This document shows positions 37,870 to 50,400 of a DNA stretch of 64,000 nucleotides, piece by piece. The DNA lies in the NCBI RefSeq assembly GCF_964355755.1, contig NC_092670.1, positions 24,228,795 to 24,292,794 of the forward strand, read 5' to 3'. Position 1 is the stretch's first letter. Every line of letters begins with the position of its first letter. Position numbers and translations under genes: made by a program. The notes beneath the pieces were generated by a model that saw only the letters and a list, made by a program, of their open reading frames with translations, was not told where the DNA came from and made no database searches. Source of the DNA: Antedon mediterranea (taxonomy: Eukaryota; Animalia; Echinodermata).

Positions 37870-39774
37870 TACTGTACATTACATTATACATAATCATGGC
37901 ATAATTATTACATTAGCTTAGTAAAAATTATTATAAATCAATAAAAGAAAGTTTATATTTCATCTTCAAAATAGCCAACGATGAAGCTGTCAATGCTGTT
38001 CCATATTTCAAGAGCAACACAGCATTAAGACTAGTACATTTAAATTTTCTTTTCTTTGACTTAAGTCTAGTTTTACCTCTAGTGTTATAATTGTGCTTGT
38101 TCGATTCTTTTCCAAAGATAGACACCAACCTAGTATTTAGATCATGAGTGACAGAGTACATTACAGTACCAATTTGATAAGAAATAAAGTCTTGCATTTT
38201 AAGAAGTCCATGTCTACGGAAGACGGACGATACACTGTCTCTGAACTTTGTGAAGGTGATAACACGTAGTGTTTTCTTTGGAGACGCTTGATTTCATTCA
38301 TACAAATACGATTCGTACGTGCAACCCCATACAACAATGCCATACTTGAATATTGGTTCTATAAGGGATTTATATATCGAAAGTAAGGCTTTAAGTGGTA
38401 GAAAGTGTTTTACTCTATAGTATGCCAATATACTTAGATACTTTTTTTGATACGACGTCAATGTGTTCTTTGAAATTAACATGATCGTCTAAATAAACCC
38501 CACGAAATTTAGTTTTATTTGCTCTTTTGTAAATCTGTAAATAAAACTTTAATTTGATCTATGTCAACTTTTCTTTTTATACTTCGAAATATCATAAAAT
38601 TGGTTTTATTTACATTTAATGACAGTTTGTTACATTACAACCATTCATTAATTTTATCAATTTCGGTAGCGACCAGAGTATTTAATTTTTGTGAGATAAG
38701 AAAATATTAGTATCATCAACAAATAAAATAAGGGATAACAGTTTAGAGCAACTAAAGATATCATTGATGTAAAGTATAAATATGAGGGGTCCAAGTATAG
38801 ACACTTGGGGCACACCATATTCAATATTACGAATTGTAGATTTAACATTATCAAAGACTGTGTATTGGCGTCTTCGGGAGACATAGCTCTTAAACCAATT
38901 TAAAGCTGTACCCCTGATACGGTACTAATCAAGTTTCTTTTTGTAAAATGATGTGATCAATCGTATCGAATGCTTTGCTAATTTCCACAAATATACCGAT
39001 ACCATACTCTCCCTATATCAATGGCATCGAATACCTTATCGATACGTTTGAGAATAGCCATATATGTGGAGCTTTGTTTTTGAAGACCGAATTGAGAAAG
39101 GTGAATAATTTTAGTTTTCTGTACATAGTTATATAGCCTATTGTATACAATACGCTCTAGAATTTTAGATAGGGTGAGATGCACGGAGATAGGTCTGTAG
39201 TTTGAAAATAAATTTTCTCTCTTAATCACCGGCTTTATTTGTTGGAACAACCCTGGCTATCTTTGTCATATCAGGTACAATACCCGTTTCTAGCGAAAGG
39301 TTAAAAATGTAACAACGGAATTGAAAGAGGGTAAATAATATGTTTAATGATCCTGCTATTGTTATCATCCACACCTTCAGTGTTGGAGGTTTGCATGCTT
39401 CTAACAAGTTGTATAATTTCTTCTGGGTTGGTAGAATAAAAAAAAGAAGGAGTTAGTAAAACTACCTTTTAAGAATGTCTGATAGTTTATGTTGCTAGTC
39501 TGGATATTATTAGCCAGGGTTGCCCTAATATTTGTAAAATAATCAATGAAACCATCAGAAGTGAATTTAGCGTCATCGGTGTCAGGGGTAACAGCTTTCT
39601 TCCTATTTCCCCTGCTGAGAACCTCACCAAGAATATTCCAAGTCTGCTTTCACGTTACTTTTAGCCGCACCGAGAGCACTGGAGTAATATTGGCGTTTAC
39701 AAATTCTAATTAAATGAGTGAGTTTGTTTTTGTATTTAGTATATTTTTGTCTATTGTTATCACTTGGATTTTTG

Positions 39775-39776
<2 letters not shown>
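37870..39776 (-). mobile_element. Decayed LINE (CR1/L2-group) reverse transcriptase fragment
   Basis: Fragments [41 protein letters not shown] and LFVDDTNIF across several frames. Confidence 0.8.

Positions 39777-39866
<90 letters not shown>
39777..39866. repeat. (TA)n microsatellite; the empty counterpart of the insertion site at 59811-62780
   Basis: Direct read; flanks match those at 59790-59810 and 62780-62850. Confidence 0.95.
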
Positions 39867-39870
<4 letters not shown>

Positions 39871-41039
39871 GTACCCATTTACATACGATTTTACAGGAAA
39901 AGGGGTACAAATCTACATTAGAAATCGTTAAAATCTTCAATTTTTTTCACGCTGCTGCTCTAGCCCGCTACGTCACACGAGATGACTCATTAATTAGATG
40001 AAATCAAGCAGCAGTTATAGTACTACACTTTGACATTTTTGTTAAAATGGAAACTCCACTATAATGTATAGGTAGCAGCTACATTTCTGGTATTTATGAG
40101 TCCCATGATAATACTGTATTTCGCTGTCAGATAATCATTGAATTATTATCAAAACAGTCCATGAAAGTTTTTGTTTGTAATATGATACTTCACACTTAAG
40201 GCGTGATGAAGTGACCCCCAGACTTGACCTTAGCAATAAAATAAAATAAATTGAGTCTGTTTCATATCAAAGTTATTCACTTCTGTAACAAAATTCACAT
40301 TATAGAAAGAGAAAAGAAACGTTTAATTATAACTCAAAAACCACATTGTCTGACAGATTTTTGCTTTTAATTACATTTTTTAAGGTAAAATAACTATTAT
40401 ATGACAATAAAATGACACATTCAAAAACAAATTTGAAATAAAAAATATTTTTCAGAGGGACAATATATCTTTAAAACTGTTAAGTCATTAAGCGAGCAGC
40501 GTTTTTTGTAAGAAATATTTCTTGTTTAAAGTTGAACAGAGTTCAACTTCAACGTTACGATCGGTAAAACTGACTGACCAATCAAATAGTTCATAAATTA
40601 CGTCATCATTGTTTGTGACAATTCTTATTTTTTACAACGCGACGATGTTTTTTGTTCTCTTTTAAAGTCTGACATTTCAAAATAACATTTGTAAGTAAAA
40701 CTAAGTTTTAATATAAAAACAATTTAATTTAATGTTGTCTTTAGTGTAAAGACTAGATTAAGATATCAGCGAAAACATGTCCTAGGCCGGCTGGGTTGAA
40801 GCATCAAAACCCCTAACTTTTTCAATTTTGACACGGGCCCGGCTGCGCGTGACCGGCCTTGGCTTTTCAAAACTTCACGTCCATGTGTCCCAGCAACGTC
40901 GAAAGAACCAAGAAACCAACGATCACGTAAAAATTCGCGACGGAAAAAGAGGCTTTAGGCGCAAAAAAAACAGTTCCGTATATTAAATATGGTCTATACA
41001 AAACCCACTATATTCAAATAATTATATGACAAGAATCTA

Positions 41040-41171
41040 CTGGCCTCAGATGCTATTTCCGGGCGTGTAGAAAAAAATTCCCGGGTGGCATGCCCCCGGA
41101 CCCCCCTCCCCCTAGACGATTATTTTTCCCATATCGTCCCCCTCTTTTTCAAAATCCTAGATCCGCCCCTG
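41040..41171. mobile_element. End of a hAT-like non-autonomous element
   Basis: AAAATCCTAGATCCGCCCCTG terminus (CAGGGGCGGATCTAGG on the minus strand) preceded by GCATGCCCCCGGACCCCCC; partner TIR not located. Confidence 0.4.
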
Positions 41172-42298
41172 CTTTCTCTCTGCTTCTCTTCCACGCCCCT
41201 TATGACCAGGCAATTTCTTCTGCTGTATTGTTCAGCTTCGTTCTAATAGATCTGTACAGTTACATAGTCACACAAATAGGCCCATGTCATGTTTGAATTG
41301 AATATTGTAAGTTTCCAGTTCTTAGCTCGTAGCCGGTCAAACAATGTTAACTTTATCATGGGGAAACCCCTTATTTCTCCATGACTTTACCAAGTCACCA
41401 ACGAATCTGTGATAACGAATCTCATCATACCATTTTGATAAAGAAGAAAAAAAATGCCAATAGGCCTACTTTACAAATCGTTACATTATATCGCAACTAC
41501 AAAACAGGCTATCAAGCTTAATTCATTCATTCAAGAATATTTAATAATTTCGATAATGGTAAATAACAATACATATGATTAAAACAGTTTAAAGACTTAA
41601 TATCTCAAGAAAAACAAATTGTTTGTAACATGCAAGATCCCATAAAAAGATAACAAGTACATCAAAAACATTTCAGAAAAAATTACTTGCACCATAATTG
41701 TAAAATATAAATGTTATCAATAATTTGAAATTAAAACTTTTAAATACGGATTTAGCGTTTAAAAATTCGTCAGGCTATTCCATATCTGTAAACTTACTGC
41801 AATAATGATGAATGGATTAAATGGATTTTATGTAATTCTTTACATTAAACAATAATACATTGAAGAAAGTGCATAAATAGTAAATCTATAAAATGCTTTA
41901 CGTAATTAATATAACAAAATTAAAATTTAGTGTCGATTTACACAAAACATGATACATCTTCAATTGCTTTTCTCAATATTTGATTACACGTCATCATTTT
42001 AAATATGAAATCTTCTCACAGTGGGTTAATGAGAGTGCTGGATTTACGTACTAGCATCTATATATAAATTTACGTAAGGGCAAAATTCGGTAAATCGCAA
42101 TTTATTTCTAGAATTTTTAATCGATGGTATATAAAGTTGGTTCGTACTTTCGGTACTGATTTTAACCACTAATTGATGTAACCCTGTTTACTAATTAAAT
42201 TGAGTTAGATAATTAGTTATTGACAATTAAAACGAATTTAGGTTCAACGATTTGCCCCAAATAGGGGTGTCTTCCGATCGTGGTATACACTGTCATAA

Positions 42299-42697
42299 AG
42301 CCCATTTACACTTGGACGATAACGATGGACGATAAATATATAAACATGCATTTTTTTTACATAAAACAAAATAAATTAGAAAGGTTTTCGTTCTAGAACT
42401 ATAGGATAATCATTTATGCTGTCTTTGATAAAAATAATATTTTAAAAATTCCAATCAAATGACGTCATGATAAATAAAAACAATAAAATCATTGTATTGT
42501 CACGATATTATTGCTCTTACTAATCGTGATGTCATTTGATTGGACGTGTGAAAATATCATTTTCAGCAAAGGAACCATAGAAGGTTATTCTATAGTTCTA
42601 GAATGAAAAGTTTTTTATATTTCTTTTGTTTTATGTATGAAAAATGCACATTTGTCTATTTATCGTCGATCGTTATCGTCCTAGTGTAAATGGGCCT
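42299..42697. mobile_element. PIF/Harbinger-type MITE nested in the Helitron
   Basis: TIR GCCCATTTACACT..GGACGATAACGAT / ATCGTTATCGTCC..AGTGTAAATGGGC; TAA on both flanks; absent from the sister Helitron at ~54964. Confidence 0.75.
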
Positions 42698-42939
42698 TAA
42701 TGCATGTCCATCTTGAAAAATACCCGCATACAATAACACGAGGATGCTTCGCCTTTTCCTATCTCCTCCAACGATAATTGTATTTAATGGCTGAAAACCG
42801 GTTGAACAGCTCAAGTACAGCATCATAATGTTGAAGACAGGTGTATCGTTACATGTATTTTTTCGACTATTCATTCAATCTTTTATTACGGAATCTCTGG
42901 TCCATAGAAAGTAAAAAGTACATATAAATGAAATGAAAT

Positions 42940-43600
42940 AAACAAGACTACTACTACTCATCCTAGGATGGCATTCCACCTGGAGAGCATCTTCGACTTA
43001 ACTAAGACATTGCTTATAATCGTTGAGACTAAAACATTTTCGCTTGCATTTAGTCTACCCATCAGGCCATATATTGATTTTCTTAACAATTCATAGAAAG
43101 AAGAATTCTAAATTCCGTAAACATAATAAGGCTGGCATTGCAATGTCGAGGCCTTTGTAGCAACATTCTTAAACCATTATTATTGTAACATACTTGGACA
43201 GATCGCAAGGTACCCTGATTATAATTGCACCATAATGTAGCACAATACATATTTACACAATATGTTCTAAATAAAACACATTTTACATTGATAGAACACA
43301 TACTAAATTTACTGACCAAGGAGTTGGCTCGGATACACAAAGATCTGTATTGCCGCTTTATATCGAAATCACATAAATCCAAGGAGATAACATGACCAAG
43401 ATATGTGGTGAGTCAACATATTCTAAGGTTTTACCATTAATGGTAATAATAGGTTTCAATTGAATCCACCGTGACTTAGGACTGATTATCATACAAGATG
43501 ATTTCTTAGCATTGTAAACAATATCATTTTTGGCCGCAAAGCATTCAGACATTTTAATTAAATGTTGCAAACCTCATGCAGAAGGTGATAAAAGCATCAT
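42940..43600 (-). mobile_element. Decayed LINE 3' fragment
   Basis: LLSPSA*GLQHLIKMSECFAAKNDIVYNAKKS and DIKRQYRSLCIRANSLVSKF...LFRTYC. Confidence 0.65.
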
Positions 43601-44495
43601 CTATATACGTTAGGTTGTTAAATTTATTTCAATAAACACTGTGACAGTGACAGTTTTAACAAAGTATTAAATCGCAATTGTTTTACTCTATTTAGTGGTA
43701 TATTAATTATAGGTCTTTAAAAAAATTGTCTTTACTGAGTGGGTAATAAAGAACTATAAAGTAAAGAATAATTTAATATAAAGAATATATGAAAAAAAAT
43801 GTTCCTCTTTTTACCTATCCTCATCCCCAACCCTTAACCCTAATGTTAGATACAAAACACAAATTGGGTTTGTTTAAATGAGTCCAAATCAAAAAATGTG
43901 GACTCATTTTGTTTCTCTTTCGGAAGTAATTCCCAGGGTGCTAATTTTGGTGTACTACATAAATCATTGTGTCTATTTATTTGTCGACAAAGTTGTATAG
44001 TCCTACATTTGAAATCGCCAGTTTTTTTACGCTAGAAATTACTATGTATTCAAAAACCATCTAGTGATTCATAATTTTTCCCAAAAAAATAAAAAAATCT
44101 AATCATCAACAATGTTTATAAACCAGTAGTTTATATTATTATGAAGCAGTTTTTATTATTATATCTATTATTACACAAATAGATTGAAATGATGATTAAA
44201 AAAAAAGAATGATATATAATATTAAATGATCTAAATAAATTATAAAATCTGTGCATAAGAGTATTGTATACAATATATTTACAGGTAGGCGCTAATTAGG
44301 AAAGGAACAACTACAGTAAAACAAGCACATTTACTGGGAAAGTACTGTGTGATGGATATTTACAACATAAATAAAACAATATAAAATATATCAACATTGA
44401 ATATCACACAAATTTAAATGTTGCGTAATTACATGTAAACATAATTTATATACAATTGTGTACACATATCTGTAAATTTACATAACATATACATA

Positions 44496-47400
44496 TCAAA
44501 TGTCAACTTTTGTCATCTTAATTTCTTGTTGAAAGTTTGGTTTGCGGGAATTGCAAGTAAACATATGCACGATAGTGTACAGATACGGATTAATGCACGA
44601 GTTGATAGGAATTATGAATGTTGCCGCCCAAACATATATTTCATCTGGAATGTCCCACCTTTCCGTCTCTGAACAAATCCCCATCAGTATGACAGGGAAC
44701 CAGCAACAGAAATCGGTGAAAACTATTAATCCTAGTTTTCTAGCCATTTTAACCTGTTCCTTTCTCCTCAGTCGTCTGTTAACTGTTGCACCTGAACGTT
44801 GAACAGAGAAGAAAATTGCAACATAACTCGTTGCGATCACGATAAAACCTAAACCATTGAATCCAAAAAAAATGACAATAGCATACTCCCAGCCTGGCCA
44901 TCGACTTTTTGTTAGCGGTAGTGCAAGGCAAACACTCTGTTTCCCATAGTAGTTTTCGCCAAAATACGATAAATTAATAAAGTCTAATCTGTTTACAAGT
45001 GGAAGAAAACTGAGAACAATCCAAACTAACCAACTAATACCGATAATAATTTTACACTTTGTACTGTTCAGCCGTTTTGTAGTGAAAGGGTTCACGATGT
45101 TAACTGCACGGTCAATGCTCAATATCATCAATGTAGTTACAGAACATTGACCGGAGAGAGTAGAAATAGCACCCGCAAAGCTACAAAGAAAACTGCTTTT
45201 CCAATATCTTGCAACTTTCGCGTAGCGTTCTCTGTAGTGTATATCTGTACTCGCTATTATGATCAGATATACTGCCATCAGCAAGTCAGACACAGCCAGA
45301 TTAGTAATGAGCATGGTTTGCACCTTATTAACATTACTGTCATTATTCTTGTTAAACCGTCGTGATACGATTACAACTACATTACCAATGACAGATGAAA
45401 CACCAATAACCAACATCAATACTCTTAACACTTCTCGTTTTAGTAAGTCTGCACAAGAAGCAAAGGCATCTGTTGGTTCGCAGACATCAATGTCACCCAC
45501 GAGACAACACAGGCTAAACAAATCTGAATATCTGAGGAAATTAATGATAAATTAATTACTGTAAACTAATACTATGTTGTTTTTGTAACCTGTCTACATA
45601 ATATATTTCTTCTGTAGGCCTAAGCCCGGAAGTGAACAGTTGCATTTTTAACAACCTCTGTATGAAGTGAAATCAGCGTAGAAGATTGCATCGAAAAGTT
45701 TAGCATACATTTGGGACTGCTCAAAGGAAAATACAGTTCTTTAAAATAATATGAATTCGTGTCAAGTTTAAAAAACAATTATTGAATATAATAGGTGCTT
45801 AAACATATTTTTGTATTGTAAATGCATTGTTATTAAGGTCTTATTCAATACTTACAATTCTTGTAAGTTGGTCAGTCCTTCAAATGTTCTATACCTGTAA
45901 TTCTGTAATTTGTTATCCATTAAGTTTCTACGAAAAAATAATCAATGACCAATTAAAAGCAAAAAATAGTAATAGAAAACGCGCAATGGATATGTAAAAT
46001 TAGTGTTTGTTGGTTGGTAAGGTATGTTTACCTAGTAAGACTTACGGTTACAAAGTAAACACATTTATATTTATATACAAGATTAGTTCCGCTATAAAAT
46101 GTACCGTTACTTTTAATTTATTCGTTGTACTTCAGTTAAGTTTTTAATTAGTTTGAATTGATATCTTTTAATCCAATAATGCTAAATAGTTATTGTAATC
46201 TATTCCTTCTTTTGATTTTGATAGTTGTGATTTTACATTATATTTCCTGGAAGATAACAATCATATTTTGAACGCGTTTCCGTTATAAACTAAAAATACT
46301 AATATTAGTAATAACGTATAACAATTAATTAAATATTTAGACCCATGTTTAAAAAAACAACTTAATGTTTAAATAAATTATATGATTGTTAGGTAAACTA
46401 GTTTTGCCTTTGACTAACATACATCTTCTTAGAAGCAAACTTTGATTCATCTTAAATTGTTTATATATTGGAAATGCGTATAATTGGTAAAAAGTAAAAT
46501 GTTCAAAACTTACAAAATTAAAAGAATGAGGCAAAATAGGAAAATGCAGCATAATCTATAGTAGTTATTATTATTATGGTTTCATTTAAACAACTGAATG
46601 ATTTTAAATTAACATTTTATAAAGCCAATAACAATAGTGAAATTAAGATGATTACATTTTAAATATTCATCAAGGTTACATAACAAATACTTTAATTGTA
46701 CTTTAAAGGATGCACAAAACGCTGTTAATACAGGTTTCCATACCATCAAAATGCATTAGGCTTACTTAAATTGTCTTACGTTTGTATTCTTAAACCGGAC
46801 TTTAGTCATAGTTCGAAGTTCGACTTGAAAAAGTCGTAGTTCGAGCTATTACTTCAAATTCGATTAAAAAACGAAGTAGTCGAAGTTTGCAGTTCGACTT
46901 AATGAAGTCGAGCTTTTAGTCGAGGTGCACACGTCTGGGTAACAAAGGCTAAACATTGGCCAATGACAAGAGAGTATTTGAGGAGCAGACGAAATTTTGC
47001 GCATTAATATCACTTTCCATTTTTTTACAACACTTTTTACGCATCAGGACTATATACATGAAAAATAATTTTAATCGTTAATTATTAGAACAATATCAGT
47101 ATTAATTTAACAGTGAAGTATATTTGATTAACAACAAACAAAATCTTCAAAATATATTTAGGAACCATGGCGGTACGGTAACTTTTATATTTTCTAGGCC
47201 CCAACAAAGTATGATCGCGACGTACCACGCACTTCATAGCGTGACAAGAAAGCGCTAGGCCCCCTAAACATTTCATCGCGTGGTGAATTTCCGTATCTGC
47301 CATTGTCGCTATGGCGTCACGTAGTTCAAGTCGGACTTGCGCGAAGAAAATAATGTAATTTGTATACGGTTGTAAATAAAGATGATTTTCATTTTTATAA

Positions 47401-50400
47401 CTTATACCAATGTATATTTAATTAAGCTAATATAAAAATAGATATTTCATTCTTCAATATCTGGCCAATATAACAACTCAATGACTGTTACGTTTTTCAT
47501 GAACATCGTTTAAAAACCATTTAGTCGACCATTTAGCCTGCCCCCTCCAGGACTAAAAAAAATCGATCAAAATCCGTCTCGATTTAGTCGAGGTTGGCCT
47601 GAATTAGTCGGCGATTTAGTTGAAGTTCGGTTTATGAATTAAAATGACGTCATTTTTAAAGTTTTAGCTCGAACTACGACTAAAATCCGGTTTAAGAATA
47701 CGGGCGTTAATATGTATGTGTTTTAAAAAATGGGAAAATTGTCTATGTTGAACATTTTTCAATTAGCATTAACAACAATTAAACATAATCATATACTTAC
47801 AATTTTTCTAGAGATATCAAACCAAAAAAAAAACATTGGCTTGCAATGCACTAATTTTGTTCTGAGATAAATCCCATCAAAATAGATTTAAAAAAACCCA
47901 ATAAACACTAAATTGACTATTTTAGTATAATGAAAAAACATAATATTATTATCATGTTACAGTACATATAATGCAACAATCTAACGTTGGCGTCTATTTT
48001 TCAATGTAAATAAGTCAAAACGACTGATGTACAACAACATAAAAAGACAAAAGAAACTCTGAGCAGGTTTAGAAATAAAAATACTCAAAGTTCTTTCAGA
48101 GATGTCAAACCAGAAAAAGCATAGCCTGGTAATGTTCTAATTTGGTTCAAAGACAAATCCCTTTGAAGTAAATACAGTAAACATGCGAAATAGTATATGT
48201 GAACATTTTTCAATTGGCATTAACAACAATTAAACATAATCATATACTTACAATTTTTCTAGAGATATCAAACCAGAAAAAACATTAGCTTGCAATGCAC
48301 TGATTTTGTTCCGAGACAAATCCCTTCAAAATAGATTAAAAAAAACCCAATAAACACTAAATTGACTATTTTAGTATAATGAAAAAACATAATATTATTA
48401 TCATGTTACAGTACATTTAATGCAACAATCTAACGCTGGCGTCTATTTTTCAATGTAAATAAGTCAAAACGACTGATGTACAACAACATAAAAAGACAAA
48501 AGAAACTTGGAGCAGGTTTAGAAATAAAATACTCAAAGTTCTTTCAGAGATGTCAAACCAGAAAAAGCATAGCCTGGTAATGTTCTAATTTGGTTCAAAG
48601 ACAAATCCCTTTGAAGTAAATACAGTAAACATGCGAAATAGTATATGTGAACATTTTTCAATTGGCATTAACAACAATTAAACATAATCATATACTTACA
48701 ATTTTTCTAGAGATATCAAACCAGAAAAAACATTGGCTTGCAATGCACTGATTTTGTTCCGAGACAAATACCTTCAAAATAGATAAAATACCAATTAAAC
48801 ACTAAATTGACTATTTTAGTATCAAGAAAAAACACAATATTATTATCATGCCACAGTACATTGAATGCCACAATCTAACGTTGGCGTCTATTTTTAAATG
48901 TGAATAAGTTAAAACGACTGATGGACAACAACATAAAAAAGACAATAGAGACTTTGGGCAAGTTAAAAAAAATACTCACAGTTCTTTCAGAGATGTTAAA
49001 CCAGAAAAAGCATAGCCTGGTAATGTACTCATTTTGTTGTAATACAAATATCTTTGAAGTAAACACAGTAAACATGCGAAATAGTATATGTTGAACATTT
49101 TTAAATTAGCATTAACAACAATTAAACGTAATCTTATATAAAAAATAAACACTGGAGATGTCAAAACAGAAAAAAATATTGTCTTGCAATGCACTATTTT
49201 TGTTCCAAGACAAATTCCTTCAAAAATAGATAGATGTACAACAACATAAAAAGACAAAAGAAACTTGGAGCAGGTTTAGAAATAAAAATACTCAAAGTTC
49301 TTTCAGAGATGTCAAACCAGAAAAAGCATAGCCTGGTAATTTTCTAATTTGGTTCAAAGACAAATCCCTTTGAAGTAAATACAGTAAACATGTGGAATAG
49401 TATATGTGAACATTTTTCAATTGGCATTAACAACAATTAAACATAATCATATACTTACAATTTTTCTAGAGATATCAAACCAGAAAAAACATTGGCTTGC
49501 AATGCACTAATTTTGTTCCAAGACAAATCCCTTCAAAATAGATTTAAAAAAAACCAATAAACACTAAATTGACTATTTTAGTATAATGAAAAAACATAAT
49601 ATTATTATCATGCCAAAGTACATTGAATGCCACAATCTAACGTTGGCGTCTATCTTTCAATGTAAATAAGTCAAAACGACTGATGTACAACAACATAAAA
49701 AGACAAAAGAAACTTAGAGCAGGTTTAGAAATAAAAATACTCAAAGTTCTTTCAGAGATGTTAAACCAGAAAAAGCATAGCCTGGTAATGTACTAATTTT
49801 GTTGTAATTCAAATATCTTTGAAGTAAACACAGTAAACATGCGAAATAGTATATGTTGAACATTTTTAAATTAGCATTAACAACAATTAAACGTAATCTT
49901 ATATAAAAAATAAACACTGGAGATGTCAAAACAGAAAAAAATATTGTCTTGCAATGCACTATTTTTGTTCCAAGACAAATTCCTTCAAAAATAGATAAAA
50001 TACCCAGAAAACATACTAAATTGACTATTCTTAGTATCAAGAAAAAACACAATTTTTATTATTATTATTATCAAGTCACAGTATAATATTGAATCCAACA
50101 ATCTAACGTTAACGTCTATTCTTAAATGTGAATTAGTCAAAACGACTAATGGACAACAACATAAAAATGACAATATAGACTTAGAGCAAGTTTAGAAATA
50201 ACAAGGACATATACATGGCTGCAGTCGCGTGCGAAAATGTGAGTAAGTGTTTACCGACCAACCAACCGACCGACGTAGTAAGCTGTAGAGTCGCGTTTGC
50301 ACTCGACTAAAAATATTGACAGTTCTTTCAGAGATGTCAAACCAGCAATGATCTGACATCAACATAAAAAAGACAATAGAAACTTTAGGCAAGTTTAAAA

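Larger units (their letters stand above)
42057..44064 (+). mobile_element. Non-autonomous Helitron with nested insertions (same family as 54729-56050)
   Basis: A|TCTATATATAAATTTACG start and CTAG|T end; collinear with 54729-56050; 3' hairpin missing in this copy. Confidence 0.65.

Noticed and set aside
41360-41370. kB-like site GGGGAAACCCC as a GPCR 1 regulatory element
   Set aside because: Single site more than 6 kb from the start codon, beside transposon debris; its paralogous position is not visible in the window
11327-45555. Plus-strand ORFs overlapping cGLR and GPCR exons (e.g. 11327-11536, 17103-17306, 21502-21786, 45259-45555)
   Set aside because: Antisense shadows of real coding exons, with no recognisable domains
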